From Eledone cirrhosa (lineage: Eukaryota): DNA of 64,000 nucleotides. The position numbers were made by a program, and so were the translations under genes. Shown one piece after another: positions 40,671-52,000 of this stretch; the first letter of the stretch is position 1, and each line of letters starts with the position of its first letter. Location: NCBI GenBank assembly GCA_964016885.1, contig OZ024743.1, positions 343,480,001 through 343,544,000 on the forward strand, in the 5' to 3' direction. The notes under the pieces were generated by a model. That model did no database searches, was not told where the DNA came from, and saw only the letters and a list, made by a program, of their open reading frames with translations.

Positions 40671-41144
40671 TGGTGAATTGGCAGTCAGAATGAAGGACAA
40701 AAGATTGTTGCAATATTTGTTCTATTTCACTGCACTAAATTTAAATATTGCCAATGTCAATTTTGCCTTTCATTCTGTTGGAGTTTTTTAAAAAGTATCA
40801 ACCCACCAGGGTTCTGCTCTAAACTGTGTTATAGACTTGATTCAATACCTCACCCCACCTCCTAGCATTTCGGTGACTATAGCAGAGTCTCCTTTGTTGC
40901 ATGCATTCAGAACAGGTCTCTTGCTTATAGGTATCTTCTCTTCTCATTTATCTCAGAGACCCTGAAAAGAGGTTATGGGCCTTCTCTCCTTGACTAAATG
41001 CTTCCAACAAAGGAGACTCTGCTATAGTCACTTGAGGGCTAGTTAGTGGTGGTGTTGAACTGGGCAATACATATATATATGTACACATACACACATGTGC
41101 ATGCCTGCGTGCGTGTGCATACGCACACACACACACATACATAA

Positions 41145-41995
41145 TCATCATTTTTATATCTGCTTTTCCTTGCCTGCATGGGCTGGACGGCTCCTTTTCA
41201 GCACAGCATTCTTCCGCTTGTTGTGTTCCTTCATCATCTCCTCTGTGAGCTTCAGTGATTTGAGATTAGCTCATACTGCCTCTGCCCAGGTCTTCCTCTA
41301 CTGCAGTTGCCTTCCACTGGGATTTCTAGGCACTTTTTCACCCTACGATCATCTTCCATACTCAACACGTCTATACCTGCACAGTATTCTCACTTGCACA
41401 CTACTACTGATTCCTCTTATACCCAGTTTTTATTTCAGTTCATCTATGCTTTGTCATTCATGTACATGAACATTGCACATCCATTGAAGCTTGCTTGATT
41501 CAGTTCTCTTCACCTTTCGCATATCCTCTGTATTTACTGCCCAAGTTTCACTCCCATGCAACTTCGCACACAGGCAGCATATAGCCAGCCTTTCGTTTGC
41601 AGGGAGAAGACTTTTGTCAGCAGCGAGAGTAAATTTCTTCCATGTTGTCCATATTCTCGTTTCTGTTTTCAGAGCACTCTCTCCACTGCTAATTAGATCA
41701 CCTAGGTAGTGGTACCTGTCAACCACTTCTATGGATACTTCCTGGGATTGGAAAAGGTTTATATCTCTGACCCTCTTACTATCAATTACCCCTGTACACC
41801 TGTTATATCTAGTGTTCATTTCCTGTTAGTCTACTTGCTATCCCACTACATCTCTTGTGGAGCCAAGATTTATATTTTGTATATCATATAGAGTTTCTGA
41901 CTACACCTTTTCTACATATCGAACAGGGCCACTTCCCTGATGGTATCAAAGCTCTGTCTTCTTTTCCACTCGCTAACACTAGTTTTTACTAGGTT
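41145..41995 (-). mobile_element. Older, decayed RTE LINE related to R1
   Basis: Encodes SIEVVDRYHYLGDLISSG and LHGSETWA...LQWMCNV. CATCAT tail remnant at 41145. Confidence 0.85.
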
Positions 41996-42043
41996 TACTC
42001 TTAGCCCTTTATATATGTGTGTGTGTGTAAATATATATATACA

Positions 42044-42730
42044 CAAGGTTTGTCCCAAAAGTAAGGTTACTGATGTTTTATTTAAATGTATATTAGACGT
42101 ACATAAAATTACAAGTTATCTCCTTCAAATTACTATCCTTGGGATGTCACAGTGATTCCAATGTTTTTTCCATTGATTGTAGCAGTACCGGAAGTCATTT
42201 TCTGTGTGTGTTCTTAGCTCATCAGTTACAATTTATTGTATGTTCTCCACAGTCCCAAAATGATGACCCTTCAACTTCGATTTCAACTTAGGGAAGAGGT
42301 AGAAATTACACAGAGCTAGATCTGGGCTGTAGGAAGGGTGTGGAAGAGTGGGAATGTTTTTCTTTGCCAGAAAGTCTCTAATTGAAAGTGTTGTGTGAGC
42401 AGGTACGTTATTGTGGTATAGTACACAATCTCCTGCAATGCCTTTTCGGACTCATTGGATCCGTTTTCAAAGTTGTTCTGAAACATTTTTGTAGAAGGTG
42501 TGATTAATTGTCTATCTTAGAGTAAAAATTCTTTGTGACCAATACCATGGCTGTTGAAAAAAATGATAATCATCAACAGCAATAACTCACAACTGACTCA
42601 ATCGATCATGTTGAAACAAGTATGTACATGCAGTGAAGGTCATAACCAACACACTTATATACATCAAGGTGCTGCATTACCATGTTGTGTATAGGAAAAT
42701 CAGTACTCTTACTTTTAGGACAAAACTTTG
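42044..42730 (-). mobile_element. Internally deleted mariner element
   Basis: TIRs CAAGGTTTGTCCCAAAAGTAAGGTTACTGAT / ATCAGTACTCTTACTTTTAGGACAAAACTTTG. Minus-strand remnant LPHPSYSPDLA. Confidence 0.85.
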
Positions 42731-43269
42731 TGTGTGTATATAAGATATCCTTCCCACTCACTTTTGAGATTTAACCTATTATTTCTTAGTAGCAAAACTC
42801 CCATTCTCTCATCTACTCCTCATTGTTAGTTTATTATTGATTAGCACTAGTTGCAATTATTTATCGCTTCTTGATGCAGAAGTAGTGCCATCAATAACCA
42901 GTGAAGAATAACTGAAGCATAGTTATTGCTCATCAAAAACATTTATTGCATGGCAAATTCACTGCAAGAATTGGAAGGAAAAGAATATATTCTGCATCGG
43001 AATTATTTTTTATTACACACTGATATATTTGTACTAGTGTCTTCATTTTGGTTGCTGTAATCATGTTTCAATGAACGAACCTGATTAAAATCACAATACC
43101 TTGTCAAAGAACTCAGGTTAAAGCAACAATGTAAACCAATAACTGATTCATGCTGAAAGTGGTTTTAAATAATTGTAGTAAACAGAAGTGTGTGGCAGAA
43201 TGGAATACCAGGTTGGTGAGATATAATCAAACGTTTGAACTGGTATGCAGAGCTGGTGGGTTCAAAGCA

Positions 43270-43513
43270 TTAACCTTTTGTTACCATATTTTTAATGAAA
43301 GACAACCTATGATTTTCAAATGATTTTTTAAATAATCAAAAATTTGATGGGATTTAATAATATAACTGACTTTTTCATTATAAAACTGGTGTTTGGAACA
43401 TAAAATGTTCTTACATAAAATTCTAATGTAAGTTGTAAATTTAGATATGGACAATTTAAAACAAATGGCCTTATATCTTAGAACCAGGGGTGGTTTGGTA
43501 TCAAATGGGTTAA
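43270..43513. mobile_element. piggyBac-type (TTAA) MITE; relatives near 14380-15205, 24854-25108, 60604
   Basis: TTAA-CCTTTTGTTACC ... GGTATCAAATGGG-TTAA. Confidence 0.7.
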
Positions 43514-44193
43514 TCATTACTTTTATTGATTATTCCGTTGTCTTGTAGGACAATTAGGTGATGAAAATTAGGAGTACTGTTCTAACGTTCTTAATTATAA
43601 GGTTCTCATATAGTGTTCATCTCTCTGTTAGGCTTCTTATAACAACGGAAATGAGAACAATAGTTAGAATATGTCAGTGTGAAACCATTTCTCATCTCAT
43701 AAATTCAGAATTAAAAAAATCCTGAAAATTATTTGCTTATTATTTAATATAATCTTTTGAGATTTGAAGAAATATATATTTAAAAGAAAATTATTAAACA
43801 TTTTTTTCAGAAACATATGACTGTTATAAATATTTTTTCTTTTATTTGATACATCTGTAAAGATTTCCTTGACATTATATCGTTTCTGTTAACAATTTGA
43901 TACAATCAATTTAATTGATCTAAAGTAATATTCAATGGTAAATTTTATGTATATGTATATATGTAACATATTTTTGTTTATGGGTTTATGATAGTAATAT
44001 CGTTGCTATGTTTACAGAAAAAGCATTCTAAATGTTCATTTGTTCCAGCTCCTTACATTCTTATTTCAAATTCCACTGTGGGTTTATAAAACAGACTCCA
44101 GCCAAGCACTGGAGATAATTTAACTTTTCACACCCTCCAAAATTGTTGGTCTTGTAACTAAATCAGAAACCATTATTATTATTATTATTATCA

Positions 44194-45035
44194 GGGCGGT
44201 GAATTGGCAGTATCGGTAGAGGGTTGGACGCCATGCTTTGATGCATAGAGTTACGGCCCTTGCCATTCTGAGTTCAAATCCCGCCTAGGTTAACTTTGCC
44301 TTTCATCCTTACGGGGTCGATAAAATAAAGTACCAGTAATGCACTGGGATAATTGCTGGCCTTGTGCCAAAAGTAGAAACAATTATTATTATTATTATTA
44401 TTAGGGCAGTGGATTGGCAGTATTGGTAGATCATCGGACAATATGCTTTGCACCATAGAGTTGTGGCCCTTTACGTTCTGGGTTCAAATCCTGCCGAGGT
44501 TAGCTTTGCCTTTCATCCTTACAGGGTTGATAGAATAAAGCACCACTAATGCATTGGGATCAATTTAATCGACTTTCCCCTCCCCTCCCCTTCAAATTGC
44601 TGGCCTTGTGCCTAAATCTGAAATCATAATTATTATTTAGGGTGGTGGATTGGCACAATTGTTAAAGTGTCAAGTAAATGTTTTGCAGTATTAGGTCTAG
44701 TTCTTTATATTCACAATTCAGATCCCACTGAAGTGAACTTTGCCTTTCAACCTTTCAGGGTCAATAAAATAAAGTACCAGTCAAACTCTGTGGCTGATAT
44801 GACTGGCTTAATCCCTCTCCCCCAAATTGTTGGCCTTGAGCCTAAATCAGAAATACTGGTAGTATCGGTAGAGAGACGGACACCATGCTTTGCAGCATAG
44901 TTACGGCCCTTTATGATCTGAGTTCAAATCCCGCCAAGGTTAACTTTGCCTTTCATCCTTACAGGGTCGATAAAATAAAGTACCAGTAATGCGCTAGGTA
45001 ATTGCTGGCCTTGTGCCAAAAGTAGAAACAATTAT
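44194..45035 (+). mobile_element. Four head-to-tail family A SINEs of different ages
   Basis: Units start near 44194, 44404, 44640 and 44858, mostly separated by (TTA)n tails. Confidence 0.9.
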
Positions 45036-45109
45036 TACTATTTTTAACTTGGTGTCTCAGTCATTGATGTTATTCAACCAGAATAATTGTCCTAATGAAT
45101 ATCAAACAG

Positions 45110-46340
45110 CTACCTGCAGCCTCAGATATTCAGGACTTATCGGAGGGTTCTTGTCATTCCAAGTAGGGATGCCTTTTGAAGTGTTCCAAAACATGTAGTG
45201 GAGTGGGGGTGGCTGATGGTCTTTAGCCAGTCTTAGAAACACTTCAAGATAGTACCAAGTGCTCCCATGACGATGGGAATGACCTTGATCTCATGACTGT
45301 TCCAAATCTCTTTCAGTTTCCACTTCAGGTCCTGGTACCAGTTAATTATTTTCTTTCTCCTTTTCCTGTTCTCTTGTGTTGAAGGGGCAAGCTACATCTA
45401 TAATCAAGCACAATCTTTTTTCTGAGTTGAAAACCACCAAGGCAGACCTATTGTGTTCTAATTCTTTAACAGTTTGTATTCTGAAATCCCACAGCACTTT
45501 CACCCGGTCGTTTTCCACCACTGATTCTGGCTTATACTCATACCACCTCTCAGCGTGGTGTAAATCATTCAATTTGCACAAATGCTAGTGGATCACTTTT
45601 CCTATGATATCATGTTTCTATCCTTTATAATGAGTTTGGGCCAGGAGTTTACACTTGGATATAATGTGAGCCACAGTCTCCTCTTTCTCTCTTTCCACAT
45701 ATTCTACAAAGCAGGCTAGCTTCTTCCTTGTCAATATGGTTTTTCATCCACTTCATTCTAAGGGCTTGCTCCTGTGCAACCAGTAGCATTCCTTCAGTAG
45801 CTTTCTTGAGGTCCCCATTTTTTAACCAGTCCCATGTCTGCGGATTTCTGAATTCTTTTTTCTTAAAGAAGTCACCATGAAGAGCTTTTTCATTCAGGTT
45901 GTTCTTCCTTCTTGGGCATCCCCTGGTCTATTGTCTGTTCCTTCAATACAGCCTTAAGCATTGGCTTGTAACTCACAGACACATATTTATACAAACCGCT
46001 TTTCTCCATCTGAACACAGTCCTCCACGCTGATAAGACCTCTCCTTAAGTACAGTCTATCAACATCTCTCCTCTTATGAAACATACTATTGGTAGTCATT
46101 AATTTCCTCGGGCGGTGGATTGGCAGTATCAGTAGAGAGTCGGACGCCATGCTTTGACGCATAGAGTTACTGCCCTTTCCATTCTGAGTTCAAATCCCGC
46201 CGAGGTTAACTTTGCCTTTCATCCTTACGGGGTCGATAAAATAAAGTACCAGGCATGTACTGGGTAATTGCTGGCCTTGTGCCAAAAGTAGAAACAATTA
46301 ATTTCCTCGTCTTTCCATCTAGTTTGTTCTGTTTCTTCTT
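45110..46340 (-). mobile_element. Decayed R4/Dong-like non-LTR retrotransposon (RLE endonuclease C-terminus)
   Basis: Encodes LDGKTRKLMT...DVDRLY...RGLISVED, a degenerate CCHC region (ETVAHIISKC), and PESVVENDRVKVLWDF...HNR...CLIIDVACPF. Contains stops and frameshifts. Confidence 0.85.
46111..46296 (+). mobile_element. Young family A SINE nested in the R4/Dong-like LINE
   Basis: 13-bp TSD ATTAATTTCCTCG at 46098-46110 and 46297-46309. Confidence 0.93.
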
Positions 46341-46456
46341 ATTATTATAAAGAAACCATTATTATTATTTTCAACACCATATTTATAAGCCTTTTCAAAA
46401 ACTGTGTGTCTTCTATATTAATTTTGATGTGACTTCTATATTAATTTTCTTCTTAG

Positions 46457-46535
46457 AGGGCGGTGTTAGAAGTGGTAGCATAAGCCCCACAGTCCAGGAT
46501 CCTGAACAAACAAATGTGGTGATTTCTAGTGTAAG
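46457..46535 (+). CDS. DYNC1I: Dynein intermediate chain, coding exon 3 (Ser/Thr-rich linker)
   Basis: TTTTCTTCTTAG acceptor and GTAAGT donor. 79 nt, phase 1 to 2, which exactly bridges exons 2 and 4. Encodes (E)GGVRSGSISPTVQDPEQTNVVISSV(S). Confidence 0.82.
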
Positions 46536-47543
46536 GTAAGTGTTTGCTTTTTATTGTTTAATCAGAACTTTCAATCTTCAGAAAAATGTGAGAATAATAA
46601 TTTATTTTACATGCTTCAACCAACCTAGACTTGGGAATAAGCTATCAGATGTTCTGGGTAAATCTACTGGTAATGGATTAGTGTTTTATCCAAGAGTAGA
46701 TTTATCTCATTTTTTAAAACTCTACGGAAATAAGTTAAACTCTGGTATAAGCTCCAGTGTAGGTTGCAAGCTGGCAGAGGAATCATGTAAATGACAGATA
46801 AAATGCTTTGCGTTATTTACTCCAGTTCTCTGTGCTCTTAGTTCAAAATCCATCAAGGCCAACTTTGCCTTTCATCCTTTTGAGGTCGATAAAAAAGTAC
46901 CAATCCTGTAATGGGGTCAATTCTTCCTTTATATCGCTTTCTCACTTCCTCTCTGTCACTCTCTCTCTCTTTCTCTCTGCCTTCTGGAAGAAATTGGCTG
47001 TGTTCAGACCTGGAGAAGAGATGTGCTCCACCAGGTTTTAAACCTCCAAGACACACTATGTCACTTCTACAGGTCCATGCACATATGAGCTCCAACATGA
47101 TGAGTCTGTAGGCCTGAGACAGACTTTAACTTTTAAAGTAGCTTTTGGGTATGTTTAATTGAATCCAATCTATTGCAAGAATTCAAACCTGGTCTCAAGT
47201 CTGAGATGAACTCTTTAATCTATAATCCCCTAATAACTAAACTAAACAATTTTTCTTTTAATAAATTTTACTCAAATCACTCAAGTTTATTTCCCAGACA
47301 TCATCACCATCATCATTTTACGTCCGCTTTTCCCTGCTTGCAAGGGTGGGACGGGAACTGATTCTGGCTTGATTTCTACAGCTGGATGCGCTACCTAACA
47401 CCAACCTCATTTACAGTGAGTGCTGGGTGCTCTTTTGCTGTGGCACCTCCACGACATATAATCTGTAAATTTTTGGAGCAGATGCATGATTACCAACATT
47501 GCTTATTCAGTCTTCCTAAATCGGTTATATTTTTGGTTTTTAG

Positions 47544-47665
47544 CTCAAGACCGAAGGTAAAATTGTCCGTCTGCAAGGTTTCAGAGACTACCATTGCTCC
47601 AAGAGAAAATGTCTCATACAGTAAAGAAACTCAGACTGCAAATGCTGAAGCAGGAGATCGTGAAG
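47544..47665 (+). CDS. DYNC1I: Dynein intermediate chain, coding exon 4 (Tctex1- and LC8-binding sites)
   Basis: TTTTTAG acceptor. Encodes SRPKVKLSVCKVSETTIAPRENVSYSKETQTANAEAGDRE+G, including the LC8 motif KETQT. GTTAGT donor, phase 2 to 1. Confidence 0.95.
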
Positions 47666-48547
47666 GTTAGTTTGCAAATTCTCTTCTTTCCACTTTGTCT
47701 TTTACTTGATATATTAGCTAGAAATGTGACTATCTAGATGCTTCCATAGTGTTTTAGAATAGTTGATTATTATTATTATAATATTTATGTTTAGTTGTTT
47801 TACTTTTTATTTACATTCAATCTTTTTTAATTATTATTTCTGATTGCTGTAAAACAAATACTGTGACATACAAAGCTAATTCATTTTCTGAACTGATCTT
47901 TGTATTTTTATTTGATCAAATTAGGGCACTATTAATTTATTTAGTTCTTAAAAAATATATATCTATAAAAGAACTCACCCTTAGCTTTGGAATGTGGAAC
48001 AAAGTTTCTAAAATGTATTTTCTAATTACTATCAATTAGTTACATATAATGCATACTTGAAAACAATCTTAAATATTTCAGTTAATTTTGTTTAATATAT
48101 ATATATATAAGTTTTGAATTGTCCTGTTTAAAATTTTTTTTTAATGTGAATTTTCTTTTGTTTAAAAAAATGTTTGGAGTGTATAACCTTATCTGAACTC
48201 TGCTTTATGATAACTACTAACAATGCTGGGTTGAATGCCCTGTTTAAAATAACTATGGACTGTACCCATCAGTTGTATTTCATTTAAATTGTTATAACAA
48301 ATATTTATTGTTGTTTTTTTTATACCTCATCACATATATTACTTACTTAGTTTTAGTCATATATATTAAATGATTGAAATATTTCTTCTGTACTTGTTTT
48401 ACTAAAACGGAACAAAAAAAAATCATCAGACTCTTCTTTTGGAAGGGATATATTTAATTTTTTTATTTTGCATTCATGAAAATATCTTCTAAGCTTTAAC
48501 CATATGTGGTCATTTATCATTTATGAAGTTTAAAGCATTGATCTATA

Positions 48548-48860
48548 GAAATGATTCCCAAACTTTCAAAAACCGTGGAACCCATACCTATATTTTATGA
48601 ATAGATCCTACCACTTCAATTTTGATAAGACATTAAATGAAACAAAAATAATTTTTTAGAGAAAATTTATATATATGTATATATATATCATCATCATCAT
48701 CATCATCTTCGTTTAACGTAGATGATGATGATGATGATGATATATATATATATACATATATATAAATTTTCTCTAAAAAATAATTTTTGTTTCATTTAAT
48801 GTCTTATCAAAATTGAAGTGGTGGGATTTATTCATAAAATATAGGTATGGGTTCCACGGT

Positions 48861-48900
<40 letters not shown>

Positions 48901-49009
48901 TACATATATAAACATACTAAATCTTTTTAAAAGATACCTTATCTTGCAGAACCCCAGAATTTTTCTTTGGAATTCCAGGATTCCGTGGAACCCACTTTGG
49001 GAACCACTA
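48548..49009. mobile_element. Charlie-like hAT MITE (relative at ~22864-23150) carrying an internal inverted duplication
   Basis: Ends TGATTCCCAAACT ... ACTTTGGGAACCACT. Internal AAGACATTAAATGAAACA block shared with ~7960 and ~22945. Confidence 0.65.
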
Positions 49010-52000
49010 ATCTATAATGTTGTATATGATATGTGTATAGGGCATTGGTGTTTCTAGATAAACGCTTTATGGTCATTTATGATGTAGAGTTTAGCTTTTA
49101 TACATTTGGAATATTTTCTGTTATAAAAGGGAAGTTTTTTGTTTGTTTGTTTAATGAGCTTGTGAGGAATAGCATGCACAAGCTTTGTAAGACCTCTTAT
49201 TCTGAGAAAACTGATGCAAATGAATGTTCAGTTTGAACTTCTATAGACTGATGTCTGTAGAAGCATGTGGGTTCAAGAGGTATGCAGTTTCTAAGGCAAA
49301 ATGATTTAGAGTGGGTTTGCTGGCTAGACAGTGTAAGGATGATAAGAGATGGGTCTATCCAGTGTGTTGAAACAGATGACGAGCAGAGAAAAAAATAATG
49401 TTTCAGTGATCTAGTGGTTGTAGTGTGATAGGAAAATGCGTCTTTGCTGCCAATCAACCAGATGGTTTACTTTTAGAACTAGAAGTGAGTTAAGGTGTGT
49501 GTGTGTGCTGCAACAAGACCATCTCATCAGGTCTGAAGTATTTTCAGGCTTTGAAGAAGTCTCATCTTAAAGATGTAGCTTTAGTAATTGTGTGTGTGCA
49601 TGTCAGTGAACTATCATCAGAAACATATGATGATAATGTTGACAATCCTTTAACCAATTAGTTTTATTTGACTTTTTACCCTACTGATTTTGAAACGAAC
49701 AGGTACAATCATTTCTTAAAAGACTGGCAGCTGCCATATTTTGTGAAAGTTATTTGGCTTCTTATTACAGAATGAAATTATGGGACTTTCTTAGCCTTGT
49801 CTTAACTGGTGATTTGAATTTTCCCTTCAATATATATATGTATTCACATATATGGAATCCAATATTATCACCAAGTCAAAGATGCATTCTAGTGGTTAGG
49901 GAGTTGCGATCATGCTTGTTAGTTGGGATCATGCATGAGTTTATTTCACTGAACCAGGTGGTGTGCTGTGTCTTGGAGCAAGACACTTCATTTCACATTG
50001 TTCCAGTCCACTCACCTGAAAATGAGCACTGACTGTAGTAGTTGTGAGTTAAACTTGTGATGAACTGGTGTCTCATACAGGGGTAATCTTGTACTTTCAG
50101 TTGCTTAATGCTTAAAGAAACTGGGATGAGTTCTGGCCTAATTTGTCTATAGGCCTGAAAAAGACTGTAATTCTTTAAATGGGCAAAGTACAAGTGAAGG
50201 AATACAAATTATTGCCTCCGTTTTCCTTATTAGCCTTACGTTTTTTTTACAGAACATCTTCAAAGCGTGCAAAAAAAAAAAAAATAATAGATAAGTAAAT
50301 TTTTAAAAGATGTGAAAAACAAGTGGGTAAAGCTGCTTAAAAGAAAAATACAGATTTTTAAAGATTTTCTTTTAATTGTCATTTTGACATATCAGTAAAC
50401 TATTTCAACAAACTAAACTAAAACATATTAGTACATCTTTGGCATACACAGGATTGGAAATAAAAGACATACCAATATATTTTGGATATACAAAGTTGTA
50501 TACATAGAATATATGTGTGTGTGTGTTTATACTAAGTTGGAAAGTTCTTCAGTCGGGTTTAAATCCCTAGATTACTCTGCATATGATGTTCTTTATTTAA
50601 TAATGATTAATATATTTATTTTATGTTATGAAGTAATATTGTTAGATTTTGTTACATTGAAAACTATATTAATTTTTATATTTTGAATTGTAAGAAGAAA
50701 AAAGTGTAACATTTTCAAACAAGATTTGTTTTTCCAGTAGTTTTGTCTTGACATGCACAAAGCAACTGAAAAAAAATTATTCCGTAGATATTTAAAGATA
50801 TTTTACTCTCTGATTCTAGTTTATATTTTTCATGATGAATGAATGAAACAGGAAGTTACCTGATATAACATAGTTAGTGTAGTCTTCCACATAATGATCT
50901 TAGCTCACAATGGTTGCTGATTATATGATAAACTCACATTCATTAAAGTCCATTATTTCATCATGGGGTTGTTATATGAAACATCTTGTCTTTTTATCAT
51001 TCTATGAAAAAAAAACACACAATTTCTTAGTACTGCTGTCAGTTATTTGACTAAGAAAAAGTGGAGGAATATATGACAAGAGTTCCTATACATGGTTGCT
51101 CATCCTACTAGAAGTATCAGCAAAATCTTCCTTAAATTATACCCTTCTGTCTTAAAAGATAAATTGGATAATGTAGTCCGAGATACACTATGTCTGAAAA
51201 AAAAAAAAAAAAATTATCACAGCTGGACACCTTTGATCATAAGGTTTATGGACCAGGATTGACCTGGAACTAAACACCCTCCACTTCAGCATAAGGCTTT
51301 CCTGCTGTACAATAACATGCATCAATAGTCTGAGTTTGCAAATTAATTTTCGCACGTGTAGGAAAAAACGAGAAGAGACTATATAAGAATGGTTGGACAT
51401 GTACAATAATACGGAAATAAGCTATTATTTTGGGAGAAATTTCATAATTGATAGAAAGTCAAATATATATATATATTAGGTAAGAGTATATACATTCCTG
51501 TGTTTGAATAAGATTATTTGTCTAATCTATAGGTGTGGGGTTCTCAAACAAAAGACCAGTAATTGATAAAGTTTTGAACATCAAGAGTAAAGTAGTTAGC
51601 AATTGAATGGATGCAAAGTAAAGTTGAAGGGGTCCTTTAATCTTGTTGAGCTACATAGCAACCTAACAAGTGCTGGAGCCACAATAAATGGATCCAGTAC
51701 ACTCTGTTAAGTAGTTGGTGTTAAGAAGGGCATCCAGCCTTTGAACCCATGCCAAAACTTACAACATATGAGTGAGGCATGGTCCTCCAACTTGTCTAGA
51801 AAGGCAGCCCCTTCAAATAAGAACTGACTCAGACTGTACAACCTGTCCAACCCATGCCAGTATGGAAAATGGGTGTAAAAGGACAGTAATGATGTTTGAT
51901 GAAGTTAATATGTAATCATCAGAGATCATGTATTTGTATTAAGAGAACATGTATTGGAAGAGAAGAATTGGAATAAGACATTCATGCCTTTCTCAAGAGT

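Noticed and set aside
42880-42900. Possible 21-nt phase-1 microexon (EVVPSIT)
   Set aside because: The acceptor TGCAG is plausible but the donor GTGAAG is weak and there is no homology; expected by chance in a 31-kb intron.
47386-47543. N-terminal part of the 94-aa ORF preceding SRPKVKL
   Set aside because: Antisense SINE remnant plus intron; the exon starts at the acceptor at 47543/47544.
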